DNA of 64,000 bases from Octopus vulgaris (lineage: Eukaryota): positions 66,092,001-66,156,000 of the forward strand of contig OX597816.1 of assembly GCA_951406725.2 (NCBI GenBank), written 5' to 3'. Made by a program: the position numbers and the translations under genes. The notes under the pieces were generated by a model. The model made no database searches. It saw nothing but the letters and a program-made list of their open reading frames with translations, and was not told the origin of the DNA. Shown piece after piece: positions 37,628 to 51,029 of the stretch. The first letter of the stretch is position 1; each line of letters begins with the position of its first letter.

Positions 37628-37998
37628 ACTACATCATATTTTAGCTATAGCTTCAACATCATTGCTATATCGTTGCTATATCATTGCTATATTGTTGCTA
37701 TATAACACCTCTGCACTGATGCAAGGAAACTATTCCTTGTCATTGCTTGTTATGACAACTTATACCCATGATTGCTATGACATCATCCCTCTACAGTACT
37801 GATGTAATAAAACAAACACTCATTACATCATATTGTAGCTAAACCTTCAAAATCATTGCTATGATACTGTATATTGTTGCTATATATCATTTCTGCACTG
37901 ACACTAGGAAAACATTCCATGCCATTGATTGTTATGACAGCCTGTACCTATCATTGGTATGACATCATCCCTCTGCATTTTTGAATTAATAAAACAAA
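37628..37998. repeat. Diverged tandem duplication, about 195-bp period
   Basis: TACATCATATT.TAGCTA..CTGCACTGA..TTGTTATGACA..TATGACATCATCCCTCT..TAATAAAACAAA occurs twice. Confidence 0.8.
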
Positions 37999-38311
37999 TG
38001 CCCTGTCATTAAAGAAGCCCCATTGTCTTAAGTCATTTACTATAACACTATACTGTAATATTATTTCCACAAAATACTACTTTGTTACTATCATATTTTA
38101 TCATTTGGTTACTAAAGCATTTTATTATTCCAATAACATTTTATTTGTTCTTTACAGTAGTGCTATGCACCATCATTGCTTAGATTAAATGTTGTTATTT
38201 TAGCATTTTGATTCTGCTTGAACACTTTATTCTGTTCAACTAATTAATTATTTTCATGGATTCCTGGATGAAATATATTAACTTGTGAATTTTTTTTATC
38301 GACTATTCCAG

Positions 38312-38431
38312 AACACAGACGTTACTGAGCAGAAAAGGAGAAGAATTTTGCACCAATACTAGTTCCCTAAATCATTTCAACATGACTAGCATCTCGAAAA
38401 CAATGAAATACATTGATATTGAAAAGAACAG
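38312..38431 (+). CDS. Host gene exon, 120 nt, phase 2->2, unknown product
   Basis: T-tract + TTCCAG acceptor; CAG|GTGAGT donor; open frame TQTLLSRKGEEFCTNTSSLNHFNMTSISKTMKYIDIEKN. Confidence 0.7.
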
Positions 38432-38787
38432 GTGAGTGATCTGTTAAATAATTTACACAAAGGACATCATCATCCTCATCATCATCATCATTGTCATCAT
38501 TATCATTATATCATCATCGTCGTCATCATCGTCATCATCATCATCATCATCAACAATGATTTTGACATCTGCTTTGAGGCAGAATATTACAGTCAGGTAC
38601 GCTTCCTGTCACTACCCCTTACTTGTTTCTTAGTAAGGTACTATTCTTCTCATTTTTCACATGAAAAATCATACACTGGCTGGATATCCTTTTTACAGCA
38701 GGTTTGGCCAGTAAAAGCAAAGATGTTGTTTCATATCAATTAAGGTACTAGACAGAAATTCAAGAAACTAACTATCCTTAATATCAA

Positions 38788-39156
38788 AAAAGGGTAAAAA
38801 TCATTAATGATTTATACCAAGTGGTCAGCGTGGAAATAAAACCTCATAGGTACATTTTATAAATAATTATAACAAGGGTTTGGCTTGTGCCTCACCACAC
38901 ACTGAAAAATAGACGTCAATAGACACTATTACCACCATCAGTTCTCCGTCGCTGATGAAGGCAATAGGTAATGTTTTTTTTTATTACTTTAAGCCTGAAA
39001 CACGATCATGTATGTGGTTAACCGAAGTTTTGGCTCATTTTCTTTCTTTTACTAGCCTTTTATGTAGTGTGTTTCTCTCAGAGAACTTATGGTGGTAATA
39101 GTGTCTCTTGACGTCTATTTTTCAGCGCGGGTGAGGCACAAGTTAAACCCTTATTA

Positions 39157-39162
<6 letters not shown>
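38788..39162. mobile_element. Fold-back HHR element (family H)
   Basis: Arms 38864-38946 / 39081-39162; tail 38788-38863; (TA)n on the right. Confidence 0.85.
38946..39017 (+). ncRNA. Type I hammerhead, partly decayed
   Basis: CCGTCG-CTGATGA-AGGC..GCCT-GAAA-CACGATCATG-TA-TGTGG. Confidence 0.7.
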
Positions 39163-39225
<63 letters not shown>

Positions 39226-39879
39226 ACACATACATTTATATATACATATATATGTATATAAATGTTTACGTATATATCTATATATCCAAATCAAACATCA
39301 AAAGTTGAACATTAACAACTAAACATTAAAAATAACAATAACAAAATGACAATGAGATGTACATATGGAATGTATTAGCTTGATGTTGTATATATATATA
39401 TATATCTGTAGAGAGAGGGAGAGAGACAGAAAGAGATTTGTATCATAAGATATGGAATCAGAGAATCATGTAGCTATCACAGAAAGCTCTAATGGACACT
39501 TGTCTAACAGTTCACATAGTAATCCAATACAAAAAAGTGTAATACAGAGTGTCCATGCAGTTGAAATCCAAAAGATCTAATTGATGAATTTATTTCATGA
39601 GGAGTATCATAAAAAATTAAGAGGTATAAGAGGTGAATATATTTATTTAACCTCTTAACATTCTCAGGATTATGACCATTTTGCAGCCTTCTTCATGTAG
39701 TAATAATTTCAACATGGAAAAAATTATACTTATAGGTTTGCATGCTTGGCATTATACAATAGAATTGTATAGTCACAAATCAATGCAAGTAAAGAAAGCT
39801 AGCTCATCAGATCACCAGAGCATATTACACCTATGATTCAACCCTAAGTAAACACACAAAATTGGTCTCTTTATTATGG

Positions 39880-40545
39880 AAGTATGCTGTGCGTGAGAAG
39901 ACCCGGCAAGACTAGTGAAGCCATAATCCGTGGCCCCTACCTGGGACGTAGTCAGTCCACCTGTGCATACCTTCCTTCTTGTGACACTTGTGAAGACCTG
40001 TTGAGGCAAGTGAGAATCGAATCGTATCGAATCAAATCGAACCAAATCAAAATAGATGAACATCAATGGAATTTGTATCCTTGTGGTAAATTAGTGCCGG
40101 TGGCACATAAGAAAACCATCCGAACGTGACCGTAGCCAGTACCGCAATGACTGGCCTCCGTGCTGAGGGCACGTAACAAACACCATCCGAGCGTGGCCGT
40201 CCGCCAGCCTCGTCTGGCACCTGTGTCGGTGACACATAAGAAAACACCATCCGAGCGTGGCCGTCTGCCAGCCTCGTCTGGCACCTGTGTCGGTGGCACA
40301 TAAAAAACACCATCCGAGCGTGGCCGTCTGCCAGCCTCGTCTGGCACCTGTGTCGGTGGCACATAAAATCACCCACTACACTCTCGGAGTGGTTGGCGTT
40401 AGGAAGGGCATCCAGCTGTAGAAACACTGCCACATCTGACTGACCTGGTGCAGCCTTCGGGCTTCCCAGACCCCAGTTGAACCGTCCAACCCATGCTAGC
40501 ATGGAAAGCGGACGTTAAACGATGATGATGATGATGATGATGATA
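39880..40545 (+). mobile_element. SINE-like family 3, long CpG-retaining copy with 63-64-bp tandem units
   Basis: Units at 40181, 40245, 40308; core GGCGTTAGGAAGGGCATCCAGC; (GAT)n tail; 5' part similar to 24960-25142. Confidence 0.85.
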
Positions 40546-40701
40546 TATATAATGTATGAAATACCAAGACAAGATAAAACTAGTTTGGTTTGGCCAGTAA
40601 AAGTAAAGATGTTGTTTCATATCAATTAAGGTGCTAGACAGAAAAAACAGGAACGGATGAAAAGACGAAGTAAAGTAGTTAAAGTAAATATAAAAAAAGA
40701 T

Positions 40702-40865
40702 GCAGCACGGAATTTTTTCAGCAAAGCGACGAAAATATTTTGACAAATTAAATTTAAATTTTGAAGTGAATCTAACGGATTTTGTGTGTTTCTTAAATGG
40801 CTTATAAACACCTTCCACACTGCAATTGTTTTTGTTCCAGCACACGATCTCAGATCAGGTCACTT
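40702..40865 (+). mobile_element. Single-arm copy of family C
   Basis: Matches 18331-18469 plus the reverse complement of tail 18150-18190; HHR core deleted. Confidence 0.8.
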
Positions 40866-40888
40866 AATAAAAATAAATAGCTTCAAAA

Positions 40889-40929
<41 letters not shown>

Positions 40930-41009
40930 AAGTATAGTATAAATGAATTAAATAGGAAACAGGTGGCTGGAGATAAAGAGTCATGGCAGATTCTGATGTC
41001 ACGCAACTG

Positions 41010-41200
41010 GTAACCATGCCAGTGGCATATAAAAGCACCCATTACACTCTCAGAGTGGTTGGTGTTAGGAAGGGGCATCCAGCCATAGAAACCATGCCAA
41101 ATTAGACTGGAGTCTGGTGCAGCCCCTTGGCTTACCAGCCCAGGTCAAACCATCCAACCCATGCCAGCATGGACAGTGGATGTTAAATGATGATGATGAT
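41010..41200 (+). mobile_element. SINE-like family 3
   Basis: Core motif and GAT tail. Confidence 0.8.
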
Positions 41201-42021
41201 GAAGCTGTGTCTGTTTGTTAAAGGCAAACTTCACTGAGAGGGTGAATAGAAGAGAGAGTATAAGTATGATCATGATGGGGATGACAGAGCTAAAAGGAAC
41301 AAGAGGATGCTGGGAGAGGGAGTAGTACAAGAGCAACAGTGATAAACAGACATTTTGATGAAACAAGATGAGTCTAAGTAAAAGACACATCTAACATATC
41401 TGAGCTAATTCCCAAAGCAGTAAAGTATTTTTGCCAGTCTTCATAAAAGTATGCTGATTTCCTCTCCTTTTTTGTGTCACTCTTAGACAAGAAACCATTA
41501 TACACCTACAGCCTGTGTTACACATTTTCTATACACAAATCACTTAATGATATTGATACCCAAATATTTGTACGTACCCTTTCGTACAAAAGTATTTATA
41601 TATCTTGCACTTTACTACCAACACTTTTCCCTGTTTAGTTATTATGTAATTATGTTGTATGAGCTACTGTTTTATATAACAGCTGAACTGTTCTTTTTAT
41701 ATCACTAATAATTATTCCACCATTTAGACAGACTAATGTCTAGAGACTACAGATGGAAAAATGTTGAAAGAAACTTTTGTATATATGTAAATATAATTAC
41801 TGCATTAATTGACTTTTCTACACAACCACACAACATTTATTTTCTATACATTTGATTGTTTCTTGTTGTATGTGTATATGTGTATACACATAGTATGTGT
41901 ACATAAATGTATATGTATCTCTGTGTGTGAATGTAATTTTCATATATGTATATATATGCACATACATATATATATGCACATACATATATATACATAGATA
42001 TATATTTATGTGTGTGTCTGT

Positions 42022-42337
42022 GTGAAGGCACATAGCTCAGTGGCTAGAGCACCGGGCTCACAATCATGAGGTAGTGAGTTTGATTCCCTGACCAGGCCAT
42101 GTGTTGTGTTCTTGAGCAAGACACTTTATTTCATGTTACTGGGCTGCGATGTCACTGGTACCAAGCTGTATTAGTCTTTGCCTTTCCCTTGGATAACGCC
42201 AGTAGCAGGGAGTGGGGAAGCTGGTATGCATGGGTGACTGCTGGTCTGCCATAAACAGCCTTGCCCGAACTTGTACCTTGGAGAGGAACTTTCTAGGTGC
42301 AATCCTATGGTCGTTCATGACCAAAAGGGGGTTTTCA

Positions 42338-42340
<3 letters not shown>
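42022..42340 (+). mobile_element. SINE family 4
   Basis: TAGCTCAGTGGCTAGAGC..GAGTTTGATTCC..CTTGAGCAAGACACT. Confidence 0.8.
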
Positions 42341-42389
<49 letters not shown>

Positions 42390-42495
42390 TATATATATAT
42401 ATATATATACACACACACATATATGTGTGTGTGTGTGTGAGTGTGTATGTGTGTGCTTGTGTGTGTGTGTATAAATTCACATCACATACACACAC

Positions 42496-42535
<40 letters not shown>

Positions 42536-42538
<3 letters not shown>

Positions 42539-43365
42539 AAGGGTACAGTGAATATATTGTCGTCTGAATTACACAAAAATGAAAATAACACTGACATCTC
42601 ATTTTAACAGATATATTTACCAAAATTACATAAAAATATCTTGAAATACTAAAGAGTAAATTTATTCAATAAAATCACCATTGGCTTCAACCACAGCCTC
42701 CAGACGACTTTGGAATCTCCTGCAACTCTTCTGGATGGTCTCCTTGTTTAAGTTGGTGAATGCTGCCATAATTATTGCCTTCAGTTCCTCTTTGGTGTTA
42801 CTAGAAGTTTTGTTAGTCTCTCACTCAAATGCGCCCCACACATAATAATCAAAGGGGGTGCAGTCTGGGGAGTTGGATGGGCAGATGTTAGGGGTGACAG
42901 AGATTGTCTGACAACCACGACTGGGTTCCCCTGTTTGTGTGGTATGGTGCAGAGTCCTGTTGCCATATATAGGGTCTTCCAGCAGTCACCCTCTTGATCC
43001 AGGGCAGCACTACCTCCTCCAGGCACTTGGTGTAGACCTCCATGTTGAGTTAGAGGCTGTGTGGGAAGATGAATGGAGGCATAACGTCGCCACCACTGGT
43101 GATCACTCCAAACACCATGATGTTGACTGGATGTTTGATTTTTATCACTCTCGATACATGTTTTGGGGACACAGCAAGCCAATGGTTGTTGTGTGTTCAC
43201 CATCTGATCCTGGCAGAAATTTTTCTTGTCTGAGAAAAACCAAAGCATGTTCGGTTGGAGGGGATGCTTCAGTTTGTTTAAAGGCTTTATAGTGCAGCCT
43301 TTCCTCTTGTCCTTGATGGCTTGGGATACAAATTGGTCCTTTCTCATCTTGTCTTCATGCACTCC
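42536..43365 (-). pseudogene. maT/Bmmar1-like (DD37D) transposon, 3' half
   Basis: WFFSDKKNF, MVFGVITSGG, WQQDSAPYH, PSNSPDCTPFDYYVWG, RLEAVVEANGDFIE*; frameshifts. Confidence 0.88.
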
Positions 43366-43689
43366 CTGCATGATAAGTAATTCAAATTTAATGTCTTCTT
43401 GAAACAACAAATTTATTAAGAGATTAGGATTTAAATTCCAATCTATGAAAAGTTTTTGCTCTACAATATTCTCAAAGGAACGAAAAACTATCCAGCAACT
43501 CAGGCTAATACGAACGAACCTGGTAGGTGTAAAAGACTAACTGTCGCCTTTACTCACCAAGAGTACAGGCGACAGTCAGATCGCTGATGTCTGTTGTGCA
43601 CTCTGCTGTTGTTATTTAATTGCTGTTATTGTGAGCATCTGTGTGTAAAGATCAGTTGTGTTTTGCAGGGTGCTTTATTTTTACACTCA

Positions 43690-43825
43690 ATTTAGAAATG
43701 GAGAAAGACAGTGCTAGATATAAAAAAAAAGTCATTTGGAGCTAGAAATGAAGTGGAAAATCATGAAACTCTTTGAGCAGGAATGTGTCTTATGTGAAAT
43801 CTGTGATCAGTCTGAGTGATGCTGA
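43690..43825 (+). pseudogene. Possible Tigger/pogo N-terminal HTH remnant
   Basis: MEKDSARYKKKV..LEMKWKIMKLFEQ. Confidence 0.35.
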
Positions 43826-43827
43826 TG

Positions 43828-43963
43828 ATTCGGCAAAAGAGACTGACAGAATAAGTACTAGGCTTACAAATAATAAGTCCTGGTGTCGATTTGTTCAACT
43901 AAAGGTGGGTCTCCAGCATGGCTACAGTCAAATGACTGAAACAAGTAAAAGAGAGTAAAGAGT
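43828..43963 (+). mobile_element. SINE family 1, 3' tail
   Basis: TTCGGCAAAAGAGAC..GACTGAAACAAGTAAAAG. Confidence 0.8.
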
Positions 43964-44597
43964 AATCCAGGCATGAAGTAAACATTTTTGGGGATTTTGT
44001 TGTCTGCACAGAGAGTAGTATTGTGTTTTTGGCTTTTATCAATTTTGGTATTTAAAACCTTAAGATGCTTTGAATTAATTAGAAATATAAATGCAGCCCT
44101 GATGATACACTATACTTATGATGAGTGTAATTTTAACCACAACCATGAAAATAATGTGGTTGGTGTGTTGTGATGCAAAACACACAAAGCAGGTGATATT
44201 AAACACTTCGATGCTGAGCAGATGTTGGCCATGTGTATATTATTACAGTATGTTAATGATAATATACAATAATTATGAGGTGTATACTGATCTCACTAAG
44301 CTAGTCAGTTGAGTGTAAGAGATATAAGTATAAGAGCCAGTGTAAATATTTATAAGAGCAACACACCTTTATTTATGGTTGTTGTTGCTTCAGTACTTAG
44401 GAGGTTATGTGTTTTGATCTATAAAATTAGTATTATTACTGTAATTCATTGTGTTTTTATTATTCATTTAGGGTTCATTTGGGCCTCTACAAGTGATACA
44501 ATATTCTAGATTATATATATATATATTGCCAGTAAATCATAAAATCCAAGAAAGAAGCACACTCTAAGTTACAGAGCAGTAGAGTAAATAGACAAAG

Positions 44598-44642
<45 letters not shown>

Positions 44643-44679
44643 CACACACATATATATATGAATATATATATGTATACAG

Positions 44680-44920
44680 CATGTGTAAAAAAATTCGAGC
44701 AAGGTCGTTGCCAGTACCGCCTCACTGGCCCCTGTGCCGGTGGCACGTAAAAGCACCCACTACACTCTCGGAGGGGTTGGCGTTAGGAAGTGCATCCAGC
44801 TGTAGAAACTCTACCAGATCAAGATTGAAGCCTGGTGCAGCCATCTGGTTCACCAGCCCACAGTCAAACCGTCCAACCCATGCTAGCATGGAAAGCGGAC
44901 GTTAAACGATGATGATGATG
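44680..44920 (+). mobile_element. SINE-like family 3
   Basis: Core motif and GAT tail. Confidence 0.85.
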
Positions 44921-44959
44921 ATATGTAGATATATCTATATATGTGTATATGTATGTGAC

Positions 44960-45147
44960 CGTGTGTGTATCGTTGGCAGTCTTCTTTCTCCATCTTCCCT
45001 TCTTTGGACTTTTTCTATATTTCTGATGAAGAGCTCTGCTCAATATGTGAAACCCTCCTTCTTTCTTTCCTTTCCTGAGCAGCCAATAACACTGTACTTA
45101 TTCCATGTCCTTGCGTTGTTGTGTTTTCTCTTTGTTCATGTTTGGAT

Positions 45148-45152
<5 letters not shown>
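44960..45152 (+). mobile_element. PLE-type 3' fragment with decayed HHR
   Basis: CTGATGA-A-GAGC tct GCTC followed by a decayed GAAAC; ends at (TA)n. Confidence 0.5.
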
Positions 45153-45201
<49 letters not shown>

Positions 45202-45329
45202 TGACTGAAGCAGTATTAATACCAAAAGACAACGTGTGTGTGTATTATATGCTTGTGTATATGCAAATACAAATGCATATATATCTATATGTATATAGAT
45301 ATATATACTCACACACACACATACAAATA

Positions 45330-45368
<39 letters not shown>

Positions 45369-45879
45369 CACACATATGTTGATGTATTATGCACATATAT
45401 GTGACCATTTTCCTAGTTTTTAGATGTATACCCTGAGATTTTTCAGTTGAAACACCTATTTACATTTAAAGACATGTCTTTGCAATACATGTTTAGCAAG
45501 ACAGCTTATTATAAAGTTACCAGGTATAAGTGGCTGAATCTATTTTAGATGCTCAAAGGGGGTGCAATATTTGCCAGGTGCAAATAGGTGAGTCTATTTA
45601 AGATACTGTAACTTGAATTAATGTATTCTTGTACATTCTGTTTACCCCTTAATCCCATCTATGTTTACCATAGATGTGCTAACACTGGTTTCTTAGCTTA
45701 TAAGTTAACCAAGAAATAACAGTAGCATTTGGCAGCTGCAATGATTTACTAGTAAGAACTTCTCTTTGAATCACATTCTTGCAGCTGGCTTGCACATTTT
45801 CATTTCTTGTTACTTATTGCATTTTTTTTTTTACAAAAACAAAGCCCCTTATGGAATCCAAACAGAAGTAACTAACATA

Positions 45880-46502
45880 TCTTGCTAGCTAAATGCTATG
45901 CTAAAATGCATGGCAAAAGAACTACTGCCAGCCATTTCAGACCACCACCAGTTGAAAATACCATTTAAGTATGGCAAAAGAGCAAAGAAAAACAACTAAA
46001 ACTTTAGGCTGAACAAAATGCAATTTACAAAGAGGAATTGGTAAATGGTCACACTTAGAAGAAAAACAGAATGTTTGCAGAGTTAACAAGGAAATTTCTC
46101 TGATTCTAGAACAATAGAAATTCTTGTATCAACAACAATGATTATTGTTGAAGCAAAGAATATTACATGCTAATTAAAAATAACAGATTTTTAAAGGTAT
46201 GTCATTGGGGTGTTAAAGATTTATGAAAAGATACAACTTATGATTGTTCGTGGTTACTTGCAAGAACTGGAACTTCTCATAAAACGCTCATAACTCATAA
46301 AGATGAAATACTGGAATTTTACAAACTTATAAAGATTAGGATTAAAAAGCAGGAAATGTGGATGAAGTTTGTCTCATTTTTTATTTCTTTTCAAACAAAA
46401 CCATTGATTTTAGAAGGTTCAAAACTATAGCAATCAAAACAACAGAACATAAAAAAAACCATTATACCATCCTTCTAGTTTGTACAACTGAAGGTAAAAT
46501 TA
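45880..46502 (+). pseudogene. pogo-family transposase remnant
   Basis: GKRTTASHFRPPP, WC*RFMKRYNL, GNVDEVCLIF..NKTID..IKTTEHKKNHYTILLVCTTEGK. Confidence 0.75.
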
Positions 46503-46564
46503 TAATGACAATGATGATGATGATGATAATAATAATAATAATAATAATACACACATGTACACGT

Positions 46565-46609
<45 letters not shown>

Positions 46610-46610
46610 C

Positions 46611-46664
<54 letters not shown>

Positions 46665-46667
<3 letters not shown>

Positions 46668-47066
46668 CATATAAATAAAGTGTACATTTAAACACATAAG
46701 AGATGGCCATAATAGGACATCTGACCTGCTAGAAGGAGTAGTTAAAATTCAAACCACTATTAGGGATAAATTCGAAAGGGAATGAAAAATAAAAACATTT
46801 ACCATTTATTTCCTGTACCATGGTTTCAAGCTATCTTCAGCAAATAAAATATTTTTCATTCCCTTTCGAAATTACCCCTAATAGGGGTTTGGAATTTAAC
46901 TACTTCTTCTAGCGGATCAGATGTCCTATTATGGCCATCCCTTATGTGTTTAAATGTACACTGTATTTATATGTATAATATATAGTCTATTGACTAGTTT
47001 TCTTCTCGCTAGACCACTGGTGGCAAAAAAATTCTAAATAAATTTTTTTGCTACCCTTAATTTTAT

Positions 47067-47070
<4 letters not shown>
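46665..47070. mobile_element. Fold-back HHR element (family I)
   Basis: Arms 46665-46790 / 46850-46976; tail 46977-47070 with a terminal hairpin and CCCTTA; (TA)n on both sides. Confidence 0.85.
46812..46844 (-). ncRNA. Minimal hammerhead (almost no stem II)
   Basis: TTTG-CTGAAGA-TAGCTT-GAAA-CCATGG-TA-CAGG. Confidence 0.65.
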
Positions 47071-47110
<40 letters not shown>

Positions 47111-47112
<2 letters not shown>

Positions 47113-47320
47113 GGTTGGTCAGTAGTTCATATATCTGAAAAATAAGCACACTAAAACATTAGAACACTAGTATACTTAGAAGGTTGTTTGTTATGGCTGG
47201 TTTGAGAGTAACCATTGGTTTTATACCTATAAAGTGTTTAGCCATTTATAGCTAAACACTTTATAGGTGCAAAACCAATAGATACTCTTTAACTGACCAT
47301 AACAAACAACCTTTTCTAAA
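47111..47320. mobile_element. Fold-back element in (TA)n (family J)
   Basis: Diverged arms 47178-47242 / 47251-47313 plus a left tail. Confidence 0.7.
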
Positions 47321-47323
47321 TAT

Positions 47324-47355
<32 letters not shown>

Positions 47356-47378
47356 GCCAAACGTTAAATGATGATGAT

Positions 47379-47421
<43 letters not shown>

Positions 47422-47939
47422 TTATGAACATATTTAACTATAATTTTTATAATCATGTATTCTTTCTTGACCCTATTGATTTCAGATTGGGTGTGTAATG
47501 TCTATTGCTTCTTATATCATATAAGTAAAGAGAAATATTTAATCAAAAGAAATCAATACTTCCTATACCTGAATGAAATTATCTCTTTTGAACACTGCAT
47601 TTATGCCACCTTTAACTTAAATATGTACAAAGCCATATATATAGCTTCAGCAAAAATTTTTCTTTTGTTATCACAAGCTGTCACTTAGACTAGGTTAGAA
47701 ATATATTATAAGATAAATATATAACAATACATATTTCAATCAATATTTTTAATTTTTTTTACCCTTGTTTTCCAATATTTTCAATCATATTTCTTTAGAT
47801 CTTGTATTGTTAATGCATCTGTAAGTCTTTCTATTGATATGCTAATCTCATGGAGAAAATATTTTTTGATGGCAGTCTTAAACATTGGTATGAATAACAG
47901 TTCATCATCATCATCATCATCATCACCACCACCACCACA

Positions 47940-47970
<31 letters not shown>

Positions 47971-48545
47971 TCATCCTTGGCACCTTCTACATCTGTTTTT
48001 CCATACTTACACTGGTTGGCTGAGTCTTCTCCAGTAAAGTATCTCTTCTTTCAAGTGGTCTTTTGTCATCTCTTTTGTGAGATGCAACAACCTTAGATCA
48101 CCTTCCACCATTTCTACTCATTCCTTCCTCATATTCTTTCTCTTCCACAGGCTCTCCGCCCCCTGGATTACTTGACACTTCTCTAACGTCCATTCTTCAT
48201 ATGCAACATATGTCTAAATCAAAGCCATTTTCTCTCTTTGACCCTTACATCTGATTCATCTCAAGCCTATTTTTCCCCTCAGTTTGCCTGTACTCCATGA
48301 TTTATTCAAGCTAACATTATACATCCAGAGGAACATGCTGGCCTCTTTCCTGTCCAGCCTTTACACCATTTCATGTCTAGTACCCATGCTTTACTACCAT
48401 CCAGTGATATATACTTCATATGCAAGCCTCAAACCACATTGAGAAAGAATGTGTTTATTATTAACAGAAGCTTCTTGAACTTTTTCCACCTCATTCTTAC
48501 TCAGGCTTCAATGCTTTCAGAATATTCATTTCTGCTGTTAATTAA

Positions 48546-48765
48546 CCCTTTAGCATTTAGATTACTTTCTCAAATGCAATGCTTGTTTATTCATATTGCT
48601 TGAAATTAATCTTGCATTATCTCGTAGCTTTGAGATTTTAGTGTTGTGATTGTTTACTTTTAGAATTACATTGTAAGGTGGGTGTGAGAGGCTGGGTGTG
48701 GCCAGTTTGAACATAAAACAGGTAGAATATTTTGGCTGGATATGGTCAGTTTGAATGCTAAAGAG
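48546..48765. mobile_element. piggyBac-type MITE
   Basis: TTAA|CCCTTTAGCATT...AATGCTAAAGAG|TTAA; partial copy at about 24828. Confidence 0.75.
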
Positions 48766-49714
48766 TTAAGTCACCTAAATATCCGAAATTATCAACTACT
48801 TCTTTTGGGTTACCAAATAAATTGTTTTCATTTTGTTTATTCAACTTGACACTCCATCATCTTGTCTGAAACGAGGTGAAATTTATTCGAATTTCAAAAA
48901 TGATAAGCAAAAGTTGTAAAGGAAGAATTCAGCTACCAAAAAAACATAAAACACTACAATAATTTTTTTTTATATTAATTCACCTAATATCAGAGAAGAT
49001 TAAAATAAATGGGAAAAAAAATGAATTTTCCTGAAAAACCCAATTGCATTCTTACTGGGTATTTGAAAGAATTTTGTTTTAAGAATGCCTTTACAACTAA
49101 TTACTCTTATACATCTGCTACACATAAAATGTCCTTTTTTGGATTTTTTCCATTAGCCTGTCTGTTATCTCACTGTATTTCTTACGCAATCATTGCTTAG
49201 ATTTTGTGGGTAAACAATTATACTAGAAAATGTCATTCCAAATTAAGATTGAAAAGGAAACTATATTTCAATTTCATTATATAATCAAAATGTTAATAAA
49301 TAATTGGCAGTTCTAAACTAAGAATCAACTGTTGATTTTTTGATGTGATACCAAAACTGGAATATAATGAACTCTTTTGTTACCATATTTCTGTTCAAAT
49401 ACTCTGCTTTTGTTTCAGTTAAGTGTTTTAGAGAAAAGCTTGAAGTATAGCTGTAAATAGAATTGATAAATACATATACCCACATACATATTTTATAAAA
49501 TACTTGGATTGTCGAATCTTGATAATTTAACCCATTTGTTACCATATTTTGTAGAAATACATTGCCTTTATTTCAATTTGAAAATAATATAATAATGAAA
49601 AAATAATAATGATAATGAAATTATTGTATACAGTGATCAGGTGCACTACAACTCATAAGAAAAAGTAACCAAAACTGTATGAACGGTACACAGAATATGC
49701 CAAGGAAGTGGGCA

Positions 49715-50010
49715 GACTTTCGGAAACATTTTTTCACACTAAGAGTTGCTGAAGCATGGAACAAACTGCCGGCATCAGTTGTTAGTTGTCGGAGCACTGC
49801 ATCCTTCAAAACTTCCATGCTTCCTGAGATTCGTCAACACTACACCTGATTTTCTCCCCCCCCCCCTACACATGCAAGCATGTATCTGACTCATACACTG
49901 TTCACTTCCCAGACATTTGTACATTACTGCATATACTTTATATGCACTTTTGACAAGTTGTGGTACACCTGAACACTGTATACAGTAATTTCATTATTGT
50001 TATTATTATT
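49715..50010 (+). mobile_element. CR1-type LINE 3' end; an opposite-strand tail fragment lies at 49612-49652
   Basis: RKHFFTLRVAEAWNKLPASVV; 3'UTR; (ATT)n. Confidence 0.85.
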
Positions 50011-50190
50011 ATTTTAAGTCAGAAAAATGCAAGAATTTTGTAAATAATTTTGTCATAATTAAGCTGGTGTTTAGAACATAGATTAACATGAGATTTTACT
50101 GGAAGGCTATATTTTGATTACTTTAAATTAGTAAGTTTAGACCATAGAATCAGAAGTGGTTTCAGGTAGGCTGGTATCCAAAGAAGGTTG

Positions 50191-50424
50191 AAGGCAGCGA
50201 GCTGGCAGACACGTTAGCATGCCGGGCGAAATGCATAGCAGTATTTCGTCTGCTGTTACGTTCTGAGTTCAAATTCCACCAAGGTCGACTTGGCCTTTCT
50301 TCCTTTCAGGGTCGATTAAATAAGTAGCAGTTATGCACTGGGGTCGATATAATCGACTTAATCTGTTTGTCTGTCCTTGTTTGTCCTCTCTGTGTTTAGC
50401 CCCTTGTGGGCAGTAAAGAAATAG
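50191..50424 (+). mobile_element. SINE family 2, full length
   Basis: Head, Meta-like domain and tail; flanking direct repeat GGTATCCAAAGAAGG. Confidence 0.9.
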
Positions 50425-50486
50425 GTATCCAAAGAAGGAATATTTTTCTAATGCTTTTTATCTGTGATATTTTCTTCTTCTTCTAG

Positions 50487-50706
50487 TGCCAAAGACAGCT
50501 TGGACAGATGTCGAAACAGGAGAGCTTTGATTGATGATGATCTCCAGTATTTATATAATGATCTTCACAAATACAAGAAACGTTTCCAAAGAGCTTACCA
50601 TGATCAATTCTGCAATGACTATATGGAAACTAAAAATATGAAAGGTGTTGTTGACCTCCAAATCTATCCTCGTGGAGTTCGGACAGCACATTTCCCATTA
50701 TACACG
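50487..50706 (+). CDS. Host gene exon, 220 nt, phase 2->0, unknown product
   Basis: Strong pyrimidine tract TTTTCTTCTTCTTCTAG; 73 open codons AKDSLDRCRNRRALIDDDLQYLYNDLHKYKKRF..YPRGVRTAHFPLYT; donor ACG|GTAATG. Confidence 0.8.
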
Positions 50707-50895
50707 GTAATGTTCCAAGTATTTTTTACATTTTCTTTACATGTATGCCTATATTTTCTTTTTATTTTCTATTACATATTTCCCCATGACCAGACATGTT
50801 TTTCACGGAAAATTTTAAATGAATAACACTGCTTGTATGATAAGTGGCATTCGTTTGCATCTATCAAGCCATGTCAAAGCAAGAAGACATACACA

Positions 50896-50957
<62 letters not shown>

Positions 50958-51029
50958 GATGCAGGTTTGCATGTATGTACACCTATGCCCACACATATGC
51001 ATACATACATATATCATCATCATCATCAT

